64,000 bases of DNA from Ginglymostoma cirratum (lineage: Eukaryota), in NCBI GenBank assembly GCA_024137785.1, contig JAHRHZ010000013.1:8706139-8770138 (forward strand), given 5' to 3'. Below the pieces are notes generated by a model. That model saw only the letters and a program-made list of their open reading frames with translations, searched no databases and was not told where the DNA came from. Positions 39,107 through 50,782 of this stretch are shown here, piece by piece. Both the position numbers and the translations under genes were made by a program. Position 1 is the first letter of the stretch. Each line of letters opens with the position of its first letter.

Positions 39107-40124
39107 ATCTTTGTTGTCCAGATGTTCCAGGGATGAGTGCAGGGCTAGGGATATGGCGTCCTCTGTGGACCTGTTATGTCAGGAGGCAGACTGTAGGGGA
39201 TCAAGGTAGGTTGGGAGACTGGAATTGATGTGGGCTATGACAAGTCTGTTGAAGTGCGTCATGATTATTGAAGTCAGAGATATTGGGCAGCAAAAGTAAA
39301 GAACTGATCATCGACTTCAGAAAGAAAGGAGGAGAACACGCCCCAATCTACATCAATGGAACCGAGGTCGAGAGAGTGAAGAGCATCAAGTTCCTCAAAA
39401 TGAAGATAAGTGACGACGTGTCCTGGACTTCCCACGTAAATGCGACAATCAAGAAGGCACAACAATGCCTGTTCTTCCTCAGGTGGCTCAGAAAATTTGG
39501 CATGTCCATAAAGTCCCTCACCAACTTCTACAGATGCACCATTGAAAGCATTCTGTCTGGGTGCATAATGGCCTGGTATGGCAACTGCTCTGCCCAGGAC
39601 CGTAAGAAACTACAGAAGGTGGTGTGCACAGCCCAGACCATCACGGAAGCCAACCTTCCATCCATGGATTCTATTTACGTGGCTCACTGCCACGGAAAGG
39701 TGGCCAACATCATCAAAGATCCTTTGTACCCTGGTAATGACCTCCTAAAACCTCTTCTGTCAGGCAGAAGGTACAGAAGCCTGAACACACGCACAAGCAG
39801 GTTCAGGAACAGCTTATTTCCGGCATTTATCAGACTGTTGAATGGACTCTAGCCTCAAATAATGTAACCTGCAATGTAACCTGTATGCCTCTAAGTCTGA
39901 GATAAAAGGTACTGCAGATGCTGGAGAATCCGAGATAACAAGGTGTGGGGCTGGATGAACACAGCAGGCCAAGCAGCCTCATAGGAGCAGGAAAGCTTGA
40001 CGTTTCGGGCCTAGAAGTCTTTTTGATCTGTACATCCTTTGCTTGCTGTGATCTGCCTGTACCGCTCGCAAACAAAGCTTTTCACTGTATTTCGGTACAT
40101 GTGACAATAAATCAATCAATCAAT
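39107..40124 (+). mobile_element. Rex1/Babar LINE, 5'-truncated and 5'-inverted
   Basis: + strand KELIIDFRK...KKAQQCLFFLR...FYRCTIESIL...WYGNCSAQDRKKLQ...SGRRYRS; - strand 39107-39279 LTSIIM...LDPLQ...NRSTEDAI...HLDNKD; aataa(atca)n tail. Confidence 0.9.
39899..40014 (-). mobile_element. PLE family B micro-insert truncated inside HHR stem II
   Basis: 6-bp TSD aagtct (39893-39898, 40015-40020); minus strand begins ctaggcccGAAAcgtc and runs to the family B long terminus. Confidence 0.85.
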
Positions 40125-40186
40125 TTGATTGAAACTTTCCAATTCGTGAGCAGTCTGGATACAGTGGATGGAGTGAAACTGTTCCA

Positions 40187-40953
40187 TTTACTATACGGTA
40201 AATGGAAAAGCCCCGGGGAAAATTGATGCACAGAGAGATCTGGGTATTCAGGTCCATTGTACCCTGAAGGTGGCAACGCAGGCCGATAGAGTGGTCAAGA
40301 AGGCATACGGCATGTTTTCATTCATCAGATGGGGCATTGAGTGCAAGAGTTGGCAGGTCATGTTACAGTTGTATAGGTCTTTGGTTCGGCCACATTTGGA
40401 ATACTGCTTACAGTTCTGGTCGCCACATTACCAAAAGGATGTGGATGCTTTGGAGAGGCTGCAGAGGAGGTTCACCAGGATGTTGCCTGGTATGGAGGGT
40501 GCTAGCTATGAAGAGAGGTTGAGTAGATTAGGATCATTTACATTAGAAAGACAGAGGTTGAGGGGGGATCTGATTGAGGTCTACAAAATCATGAGAGGCA
40601 TAGACAGGGTGGATAGCAAGAAGCTTTTTCCCAAAGTCGGGGACTCAATTACTAGGGGTCACAATTTCAAGGTGAGAGGGGAAAAGTTTAAGGGAGATAT
40701 GCGTGGGAAGTTCTTTACGCAGTGGGTGGTGGGTGCCTGGAACGTGTTGCGAGCGGAGGTGGTAGAGGCGGGCACCATCGTGTCACTTAAGATGTATCTA
40801 GACAGATACATGAATGGGCAGGGAGCAGAGGGATACAGATCCTTGGAAAGTAGGCGACAGGTTTAGATAGAGGATCTGGATCGGCATAGGCTTGGAGGGC
40901 CGAAGGGCCTGTTCCTGTGCTGTAATTTTCTTTGTTTTTTTTGTTCTTTGTTC
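40187..40953 (+). mobile_element. Young CR1 3' fragment with open ORF2 C-terminus
   Basis: Uninterrupted 198-aa frame LYRSLVRPHLEYCLQFWSP...RLRGDLIEVYKIMRG...; (ttctttg)n-like tail. Confidence 0.93.
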
Positions 40954-43379
40954 CAACCGTTAAAAGAATTGAGAACCAAAGGGCACAGTTTTAAAGTGTT
41001 TTCCAAAAGAAGCAAACACGAGTTGAGAAAGGCTTTTTCACAGGGCAAGTAGTTAGGGTCTGAGAATTCACTGTCTGCAAGTGTTGTGAAGGCGAGTTCA
41101 ATTGAGGCACTCAAGAGGGTATTGGATACTATTTAAGTGTGCTGGCACGCAGGCATATAAGGAAAAGGCAGGAGATTGGCATTAAGTTAAAATCTGCTGC
41201 AAACCTGTGCAGACATGATGGGCTGAATGCCCTCCTTCTGTACCATGACAATCTGTGATATGCCTGAATTGGAAATTCTGTAGTCAATGCTGATCTCTGC
41301 ACCTAAATTTTGAATAAACACACAACTGTGAAGGTCTGCAACAAGATCTTCAAAGTTTGACTCTCTGTCTATATTTCTTTGCAATTCTGACTTTCCTTCG
41401 CAATGAATGCTGTTTTGTTCTAGATCTGCCAGCCTGAACATTATCAGGGGAGTTTTAACAAAAGCAAATTAATTTGGGTGGGTTGAGAGTTCATGCCTTA
41501 AAAATCATCAACCCACTTACAACTACTCACGATTTTAATGGAGGTGGGAAGGTGTCTGCACAATCAAACTGCTTTGAGGTGTCTGATCAGTACTTTAAAT
41601 ATTACAGTGAGGCTGTGACCCTGCTTGATCCTCAGGAAACCACGTAGTATACCTGGGTGATGACGCTGACAAATCTAGGAAGTAAATGCCTGTATACTTA
41701 CCTGTGGGATCCAGTGCAATATGTATAATCTTCATGATCAGGAACCACACCCCCAAATTCTCCAATAAAGCTCCAACCTCCTTCACAGCTATTCCTCTGA
41801 CCTCAAACCCCCTTTCAGGCCTTCAGCTGCTTTCCTCTGAGGCCACTAATCTCCTTCTCAACTTTTGATTCCTGCTGTCACCCTTCATCCGCTCAATGTT
41901 CTCTTCTGTCCCTCCAAAGAGGATTACAACCTCCCTACTGTACCCTTACAGCCTTCCAATATTCTAGAAACAACCCTGTCCCACACCCATACTGAGAATG
42001 TCTACCCTCTTTCTGCAAGGATGAGTGGCCTTGCCCCTTTTGATCATTCCTAGCTGTTCCTAGTAAGTGGAGTGAATTGACTGGTTAATTCCAATAATTG
42101 CATTCATTTCTAACTAATGAAAAAATTCTTGGCAAATGTTTTTGTTCATCTTGTGTTGGTCCAAGAATTTCATCTCTAATGACCCATACGAATGCTAAGT
42201 AATGCTAAGTAAGTTATGCATAACTTAGCCATGTAGACCAGATCTAACTTTTTCCTGATTTGTTGTAGTAGCTGAGACAGCAACTGAAGTTGGATTATGA
42301 GGGATAAATAAAATCGTGGGTTTTTTTCTAATTATTGCCTAGTACCTCTTACCAGAAATTAGCTTCTCAAACATTGAGTTTAAATATTACAAATGATCAC
42401 TTGAGTAATATACAAGAGGACCGGGTGATCTCTGAATCCATTGCACAACAAGACTCAAATTTTGCCAGACGATCCTCGGAGCTGTTTTACATTTAAGGGA
42501 TAGTTTTACAAAATCATGAAGCCTTGGTTTTCAGGAGATCATATTTGGAATTCAGATATGTACTTGGCACAAGTTTCCATCTACAGCAGAACGTAATTAT
42601 ATACAGTTATTCCTTTAATTCCTCCCAACACTATGATTAGAGAGACATAACAACTGCAATTTAACAGATTCATACCACTATTACCAATAAATTGTCAAGG
42701 AGTTTTTCCTTCCATTGGTTGCCTATCTAATGGGTATATTAATATAGGTCATTCAGAACTTAGTTTTCAAAATTATGGAATAGATTCAAAAACTGTCATT
42801 CAAGGCACAAATATTGACTTGCTGAAAGATTACATCTTCGCAAGTTTTTGCATGGGTTAGTCATGAGAACATTGAATGCCAGAGGAGGTTTTAAGGGGTG
42901 AAAAAAGGATATAATGAATAGAAACAGGAGGAGCCCTTTCTATCAAGCCACCTAACATATCTCTTGCTTCCTTGGGAGACCAAAAAACCTGTCTTCTCGG
43001 CTTTAAATATAGTCAATGATGACACAACCACAGTCCTCCGTGGTAGAGGAGAATTCCAAAGGTAAATTGTGCATAGGTTGCACTCAACGTGCAGAGATTC
43101 AATCAATGGAAGCAATGATCAGAGAATCCTGTTTCGTATTATTTCTAATTTCTTCTTAGTAAAATTAGTCACAGGGAAATCAAAACCACCGAAAGGTCAG
43201 CTCTATTGTACCAAAAACTTTTAATGTGATTCAGTGCAAAATTGATGTTTTAAATCAGAGCAGTTATATCAAAAAGTTGATTGGGAGAGAGTTAGTGCAT
43301 TTTACAATAGATCAGCACTAGGTCAAGTCTGTGATACACAAGGTAAATTGATCTGAATTTTTTTACCTTGATCTTTGTC

Positions 43380-44520
43380 TGCCTGCATTTGTTGCCAGTC
43401 TCCTATTGCCTTTAAGAAGGTGAGGCTCTGCGTAGAACTGTTGCACTCGTCTGTTGTGGGTACACTATGGCGCTGTTCAGTTGGCAGTTCCAGGATTTTA
43501 ACTCAATGGCAATGAAGAAATGGCAATATATTTCCAATTTAGTATGGTATGTGACTTAGAGAACTGGCAAATGCTGGCATTTCCATGGTCCAGTTTCTTT
43601 TGTTCATCTAGGTGATAGAAGTCATAGAACATAGAACATAGAACATTACAGTACAGTACAGGCCCTTCGGCCCTTGATGTTGCGCCGACCTGTGAAACCA
43701 ATCTGAAGCCCATCTAACCTGCACTATTCCATTGTCATCCATATGTTTATCCAACAACTATTTAAATGCCCTTAAAGTTGGCGAGTCTACTACTGCTGCA
43801 GGCAAGGCAGTAGTAGTCAGAGTAGTCAAGTCTTGGGTTTGAAATACACAACTTAAGGATTCATAATGAGTTGTTGCATAGCATTTTATACATAGTGTTC
43901 GCTACTTGCACTGTGCACTGATGGTGGAGCATCTCAATGTTTGTGGTAGGTAATGGGATGCTGTTCAAGCAAGTTGCTTTAACTTGGATGGCATTTAGCT
44001 TCTTAAATGTAATCAGATGTGCATTCATCCAGGCAGGACATTGATGTTCTACAACACTTTTAACTTTATCTGGTAAATCGTTGCCAGGTTTTGGGAAATT
44101 GTGAGGTGAGTTACTCCACTTAGAATTCCTGGCCTCTGACTTTCTCTTGTAGCAATCCTATTTATATGACTGCTGCACTTATATTTCTTGTCCGCTCCAC
44201 CACCAGCCATCCCCCACCCCAGGATGTTGACGATCAGGAATTCAGCAATGGTATTACCATTGAATGTCAAAAACAGATGATTAAACTCTGTTTTTGAGGA
44301 CCATTATTAGTGTAAATGCTACTTGCCTCTTATCAGTACAAAGTTGAATTGTGTCCAAGTATAGCTGCATATGCACATAGACTGCTTCAGTATCCGAGGA
44401 GTTATGAATAGCATTGAATATTGTGCAGTCATTAGAGGATATTCCTTTATGTTACAGGGCAATCATTGATGAAGCAGCTGAAAATGATTGGTTGTGGGAC
44501 CCTCCCCGAGGAGCTCTTGC
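43380..44520 (-). mobile_element. L2-like LINE fragment with a nested CR1 3' end (43622-43810)
   Basis: Similar to 33975-34640 and 63520-64000; the nested copy has a (catagaa)n tail. Confidence 0.65.
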
Positions 44521-45261
44521 AGAAGATGGTTGTGTTTGCAAAGTACGTCTTTAAATTTAGGGTAAAATGCAGGGGCATATGTAATCTGTTCTGAAGTCTG
44601 CCTGACAGAAAGTCTTGTTTGATTGTTAGCCATCAAAAGGGAAGCTTAGGTTGTTTCGCTGGGAAGAGTGAACAAGGAATTTATTTCTGAATACAATGGC
44701 AGAAAACTAAGTGTCTTTAAAGTTTCATAAATTTGAGAATGTTAGGTTGTAAACAGCTTTAGATGAAAGAAAGTTGCACTCTTAAGGAGAGTGAATTTAC
44801 ATTTCTACCTCGATACATGCCTGTGTGATTCATGTCACCATGGGAAGGGTTCAGAAAAAGCCACTAAAAATTATGTCACAGGTTCTTCCTACAATATCAC
44901 TGAATATTATAGGCAGCATTTTTTAATCTATTTGGAATGAGGAAACAGTGAACAGGTACAGGCCATAGAAGTCTCTAAGATTTTTTATGCAGGCTGGAAG
45001 CTTGTGCTTGGATTAAAAGTACCAGTCTTTTTTGGAGAGTCAAAACATGTCTTGGAAACTCAGCTGGCTTGAGTTAGATGGAGAGTATCCAGGAAAGGAA
45101 ACTTCCCTGTGAAAGACAGTTTGAAAATTGCTGTGAAATCAGGCTGTGAAATGAAAAGAACAGGAATAAACCATCAAAAACTAAGAATCACTTTGGATTA
45201 ATGCTTTGGGAAAATGGAATGACCACCTAAAGAACAGAGTAAAATGTACACATGAAGTGTT

Positions 45262-45340
45262 ACAGAGATAGTAGAAACTGCCGATGCTGGAGAATCTGAG
45301 ATAACACGGTGTGGAGCTGGATGAACACAGCAGGCCAAGC
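45262..45340 (-). mobile_element. 79-bp PLE family B terminal insert
   Basis: 6-bp TSD agtgtt (45256-45261, 45341-45346); family B long terminus. Confidence 0.8.
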
Positions 45341-45349
45341 AGTGTTGTT

Positions 45350-46950
45350 TTTGGTAGGATTGAAAATAAGGAGGATAATATTCAGTTCTGTAGATTAAAG
45401 AACAGGTGTCCTGTAGAGTGTTTTGACACGTACAGCTCTGACTGTTTCTGCTAGTTTATCAGAACAATCTGCAGAGTAAGAAACTGTCAGAGAAGTGATA
45501 CTGAATGATTTTGAGCTTGTGCCTGAAGTTTATCAATTAAAATTTAGGATGACCAGAAAGAAATCTAATCAGTCATTTGTGGAATTTGCAAGAGAAAAAG
45601 AAATGTGATGGATCTGTGTTGCATCACTCAAGCAAGACAAAACTTTTGAGAATATAAAGCCTATGTGATAATTGGAAGAATTCAGAAATAGCATTCCTGC
45701 AAATGTAAAAACTTTTTTAGATGAATGAGAAGGATTAGAACTAAATCACGATGTAAAGAGTACTTCAACATAATTCTTTTGTAATAAGATTGAACATAGA
45801 AAAGCCAATTGCTCGAAGTTAAATGGGAGACTGATTGCAGTTATAGGACTATCCAAAGTATCTACTGGAAGGAAGCATCAGGAAAGCAAGTATGTATTTA
45901 AACTGTAGCGGTAGTACAAGGAAAACATGTTTCCTTAGAAAGTACTAAGAAGGAAGAGATAGTTCAGGACATTTGTTACTTTGGTATAATTTGAATTAAA
46001 GATATTGGGAGATGCCATAGCAAGTCAGTCACTGATACTAGTTAATGATATTATTTGTCTTCCAAAGGACTTAATGAAGGACAGAATATTAATTGAAGAT
46101 GTACACAGGGATACAAACCAGAGTTGGATTAAAGAGTGATTTGGTAAACGGAGAAGTCCTATGGGAGTAGTGAAATGAATTACCATTGATGGTTAATTGG
46201 ACTTTATTTTGGGAAATGTCCGGATAGTTTCAAGAATACTAGCTTGGGCAAGGGTGGTGGAATAACTAGTGGCGATAAAAGAAATTGAAATGTTACAAAA
46301 GAGACATGTTGGATTGTTTCCAGACTGTGTTGTAACTAGATTCCAGGATCACTAAATTAAACAAGAGGGAAATGAGTCAATGAAACTGGGGGGATGATCT
46401 GTAAATTCAGTAATCAGATACAATTATTAAAAATGTAGCTAAAAGAGATGAAGGTGAAGAGAATGAGACCAATGTGTGGAACAAAAGGATTGAGAATTGT
46501 AAAAGTTGTATCAAACAATCTACTCAGAATTTGAATCAGAAGTGACACCTAAATGCTATTATTTGAAAGAAAAAAATGAGGAAATAGAGATCGCCTCAAA
46601 TGTAAGCCAACAAGAAATGGGCAGTAGTCTGTCGGATGGTAATTCCATCCAAGAAATGGAATGAAACTTTATCTGTGGCTCATGAAATCCAGCGCTAGAT
46701 CACTCCAGTATAAGAATAGCACAGGCAAAAACATTTTTGTTGGCCAGGATTTTATAAGGATGTTGTCAAATTTTGCTAGACATGCCATATATATCTCATA
46801 GTGGGGATACCCCAGCCCTTAATTAATTAATATTTAATTCCGATACCAGCTTTTAAAAAAAAACTAGCAAGCAGGGTCTTTTACTAACTTGCGTAAGACA
46901 TTTTTCTCAAACCAGGAATAGGAATCAGTATCTTTTTATAACAATTATGA
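45350..46950 (+). mobile_element. Decayed Gmr1-like Gypsy internal region (gag/SCAN-like, protease, integrase HHCC)
   Basis: ELVPEVYQLKFR...QSFVEFAREKE, LEEFRNSIP, GDAIASQSL (cf. RDTGASQSL), GLFPDCVVTR, VAHE...FWPGFYKDVVKFC*TCH directly after the protease region. Confidence 0.75.
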
Positions 46951-47926
46951 AACCATGTCACCACCTATATCCCTGTCACCTCACTCGCTTCTCACCCACC
47001 TCAGTCCCCATACCCTCTCAATCCTCAGCCTCACAAATCACTCATCCAATATCTATGATATGAAAACCTCACAATCCTGTACAAATATTTTGAAGCATTT
47101 GAGAAAATCTATCAAAATAAACAAATGGTGCTTGATTTACATTTGCAAAACAAAATCTACTTAACAGTTTATGAATATGTCGACATAAAAAAATTGTCCT
47201 AAAATGCACTTTTTAAAAATATCATAAACCTTTAACCATTTGTAACTTAATCAAGTTTGCATTCCCCTGATAATTGGATTTAGAATGCAGCCAAATATTC
47301 ATTATGGGATTCCATTGAAAGAGTACATAAACAACTCCTGCTTAGCTGAATTCAGCAGAGTTTGGAATTCACTCAAAAAGTCTTAATAAGATTAATTAAG
47401 TAACTGTGACAACAAAATCACTTGAGCTGAATCCATTAAAGAGTTTGAAGACAGCTAGAAACTCAGTTATCTGTTCAAGCTTTGAAACAACCAAGCAGAC
47501 AGCTAAGCCCAACTTCAAGGAATAAATGAATGCAAAACAAACATTTCGCATAGGTTGTCCCCTGAATTCCACTTCTGTGCAATGCAGAATACCAATTGAT
47601 CCAGTGGATCATGTAAAGTCGGTTCTGCTATAATGAGATAGTTGTGTTCCTCTGCAACATCATGTTATAGAAAATCGCAGTAGAAATAACGGGGCATGGG
47701 AAAAACTGGGTTGGGGCAGACCACCAAAACATATCGCTTAAAATCGCTCAAAAATCACCCAAAAGCCTAACACAAAGGGTAGAATAGTTTGAATAAATGT
47801 TTAATTTATATCCAATAATGAAATAAAAGTAAATTTAATACCATACCTTGAAAAAATGTCAAGATGAATTGATGGCTGATAAGGTTTTGAAGTTGCTCTA
47901 TTGTTAATGCAGGGACTGAGAGTCGA

Positions 47927-47958
47927 CAACATCATCATCATCATCATCATCATCATCA
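47927..47958. repeat. (ATC)n microsatellite
   Basis: About 10 tandem cat/atc units. Confidence 0.9.
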
Positions 47959-48148
47959 CCTTCAGGTGCAGTTGTGGTTGCAGGGTCAGGGTGAAAAATC
48001 CAGAAGTAGATAGCAGTGGTTCATTGTCTTCTGACTGTATCTTGGGGTTGGCTTAAAAAAGACATCCAGTTTTTGCTGCTTTGCCCTTTTTCTTCTTCCA
48101 TGAAAAAGCTGTTCATAAGATGCAAAATAAGATCTTATTCCATGAACA

Positions 48149-48523
48149 GGGGAGGTGATGGGCTAGTGGTATTATCGCTGGACTGATAATCCAGAGACCT
48201 GGATAACATTCAAGGGACCCGGGTTCAAATCCCACCACGGCAGACGGTGGAATTTGAACTCAACAAAAATATCTGGAGTTAAGAATGCAATGATGACCAT
48301 GAATCCATTGCCAATTGTTGGGGGAAAAACCCATCTGGTTCACTGAGGAAGGAAACTGCCATCCTTGCCTGCTCTGGCCTACATGTGACTCCAGATCCAC
48401 AACAATGTGGTTGACTTTGAACTGCCCTCTGGGCAATTAAGGATGGGCAATAAATGCTGCCTAGCCATGTTTATAAATGATAAATGATGCCCTCATCCCA
48501 TGAATGAATAAAGGAAAAAAAAA
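48149..48523 (+). mobile_element. tRNA-derived SINE with L2-like tail, nested in the Tigger-like element
   Basis: A/B boxes (gggctagtgg, ggttcaaatccc); same body and tail as 22081. Confidence 0.88.
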
Positions 48524-48654
48524 ACTGCTGCATTCTGCATTGTAATTGTTGTCCTCTCAGAGCTGCAACTGCTTCTCAATTTCCCTCAGGATAGAAGACA
48601 AAACTGAAGAGGAAAGCTCTTGTGGTGCTGCACCCTGGACTTCATCTTCTTCAT

Positions 48655-48860
48655 AAAAGCTGAAAGAACTGCGGATGCTGTAAATCAGGAACAAAAACAA
48701 AGTTGCTGGAAAAGCTCAGCAGGTCTGGCAAGAAAAAGAAAACAAAAATCAGAGTTAATGTTTCGGGTCCGGTGACCCTTCTTCAGAATCGTTAACTCTG
48801 ATTTTTTCTTCACAGAATGCTGTCAGACCTGCTGAGCTTTTCCAGCAACTTCTGTTTTTG
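48655..48860. mobile_element. 206-bp palindromic PLE family A insert centred on a hammerhead
   Basis: Perfect 14-bp TSD ttcatcttcttcat (48641-48654, 48861-48874); head-to-head arms; HHR on - strand at 48750-48788 (CTGAAGA-A-GGGTC accg GACCC-GAAA-CATTA). Confidence 0.9.
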
Positions 48861-49706
48861 TTCATCTTCTTCATCTGCAGTTTCCACTTTCCTGTCAGAG
48901 ACAAGTTGTTGTAGAGAGTTTTCAAAGTGGGACTCAAGCAGAAAGCGCTTCACGACAAAGTCTGCGAAATGATCACATGACGCCAGTGTGGAGACCCTTT
49001 CAGCACTAACATTGCGTGTATTCAGGACAAAGTCCACGCAACAATCATGTGCTGTCGACTCATACTCCTCCACACACTGATGGAATCGCGTTATAGCCAA
49101 CACAGCAATAGCCATAGTGTTTTGGCAAGAGCATTCCCTATCCGTCAGTCACATTAAAGCCAATTCACATTGCTGGAACACGCATTATAGCAGAACCAAC
49201 TATACTATAATGCGGATAAAGAATTTTCCAGTTTCACAGTTTACTTGACCATTGAAAACTTGTCAGATGTTACTAGTGACAACCTGGCAGACATTTTTAA
49301 TGTCTCACTGGACTTTCAAAACAAAGCTGTATCATTACTTAGCGTACTAATAAACATATATAACTTATGATACAGCATTTTATTATGAAATTTGATGTAA
49401 ATCCTTGCATGAGACTTTTTTTATGTAGCCAGACAACAAATAGAATTGACAGGATGTTTGTACCATTCTGATGGATGATTGCATTCACAAATGATGGTTG
49501 GGTTTTGGATGGGAAACAAATGCTTCCAGATCATGATAGTAATGGTCCACGTGATCAGCCTCTTGACCAGAAAATGATAGGTGCAGTTGGTGTTCTGTTT
49601 TTGCAATGGTCAATGTTATTTTTATGGAGCATGGAGGGGCAACCATATTCTTCACAATGCATCACATGGCCAAATGACCTTCCGGGGACCTCCTTGTCTT
49701 GATCGT

Positions 49707-50027
49707 GGGCGGCATGGTGGCTCGGTGGTTAGCACTGCTGCCTCACAGCACCAGGGACCTGGGTTCGATTCCACCCTCAGGCGACTGTCTGTGTGGAGTT
49801 TGCACATTCTCCCTGTGTCTGGGTGGGTTTCTTCCGGTTTCCTCCCACAGTCCAAAGATGTGCAGGCTAGGTGGACTGGCCACGCTAAATTGCCCGTAGC
49901 GTTCAGGGATGTGTAGGTTAGGTGGGTTATAGCGGGGTGGATCTGGGTGGGATGCTTTGAGGTTCGGTGTGGACTGGTTGGGCCAAAGGGCCTGTTTCCA
50001 CACTGTAGGGATTCTATGATTCTATGA
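49707..50027 (+). mobile_element. HE1-type V-SINE (near full length)
   Basis: gggcggcatggtggctcggtggttagcactgctgcctcacagc...V-domain...gattctatgattctatga. Confidence 0.93.
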
Positions 50028-50154
50028 AGAAGTGATACTGTGTGCATCATGCCTGACTAATGCCCCCATTCAATACTCCACAACCAGTTGGGTCTTAAAA
50101 TGACAATCGTAGCCATGTACACCACAGGACCATAATTTTCCTTCTAAAAGAGCC

Positions 50155-50345
50155 AGACCATTGGGCTGCTCTCTCATTAAGATTGAGACGACTGGTGGCG
50201 GTTTAACCTGAGGATCACCGCACCTCAGGAGAGGTGAGAGATTGGGAAGAAGAGTCCTTCATGGTAATCTCAGCCAGTGCAGGAATTGAATCCACACAAT
50301 TAATATCACTCTGCATCATAAATCTAGCCAACTAAGCTAACTGAC
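50155..50345 (-). mobile_element. tRNA-like SINE fragment
   Basis: Minus-strand head gttagcttagttggctag...ggattcaattcc; tail atgagagagcagcc also seen at about 3165-3190. Confidence 0.55.
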
Positions 50346-50632
50346 TGTCTTTGCAATAGTGTTGGTGAGAATAAAGTTTTCTCTCATTTCTTGTCATTTT
50401 TGTTGTGCTCCCATCACATTTCCACTAGGCAAGAGGCCTGAAAATCTCTGCTTATGGCCATCAAGTCAGACATGTAAATTGAATACATTGAACTTAACGT
50501 TTGATTCTCCAGGTATGTACCACTGTTAGGCGACACTATGCTAGGAGTCAAATCACTAAAAATGTGCTGTTTACATATTAAAAGTCATGAGCATTGCTGA
50601 AAATAATTTTTTTTTGCTTTAATTTTGTCCAG

Positions 50633-50782
50633 ATCATGGCCAATGTCATCATTTTCATCTGTGGAAATTTGGCAGGAGCCTATCACAAGCACTTAATGGA
50701 ACTTGCCCTGCAGCAGACATATCAAGACACATGCAATTGCATTAAGTCACGTATCAAGCTTGAATTTGAAAAGCGCCAACAG
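50633..50782 (+). CDS. ADCY2: Internal coding exon of adenylate cyclase type 2 (end of first membrane cluster leading toward C1)
   Basis: Polypyrimidine-cag|ATC...CAG|gtaaat; 150 nt, phase 0-0; IMANVIIFICGNLAGAYHKHLMELALQQTYQDTCNCIKSRIKLEFEKRQQ is nearly identical to vertebrate ADCY2 as I recall it (not BLAST-verified). Confidence 0.92.

Larger units (their letters stand above)
38780..41250 (+). mobile_element. Old CR1 3' fragment hosting nested insertions
   Basis: CR1 sequence rejoins at ggagattt|gattgaaact and gttcca|accgttaaaagaattgagaacc. Confidence 0.7.
47616..49202 (-). mobile_element. Tigger/pogo-like (Tc1/mariner) non-autonomous DNA transposon
   Basis: TIRs aagtcggttctgctataatg / cattatagcagaaccaacta, each flanked by TA; minus-strand remnant KRAKQQKLDVFFK resembles Tigger transposase C-termini. 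Confidence 0.8.

Noticed and set aside
39268-39852. 194-aa ORF as a host gene
   Set aside because: It is the Rex1/Babar ORF2 C-terminus, followed by a LINE tail.
40270-40866. 198-aa ORF as a host gene
   Set aside because: It is the CR1 ORF2 C-terminus of a truncated copy.
49707-49785. tRNA genes at SINE heads (also 7061, 48149, 55137)
   Set aside because: The A/B boxes continue into SINE bodies and no full cloverleaf is evident.
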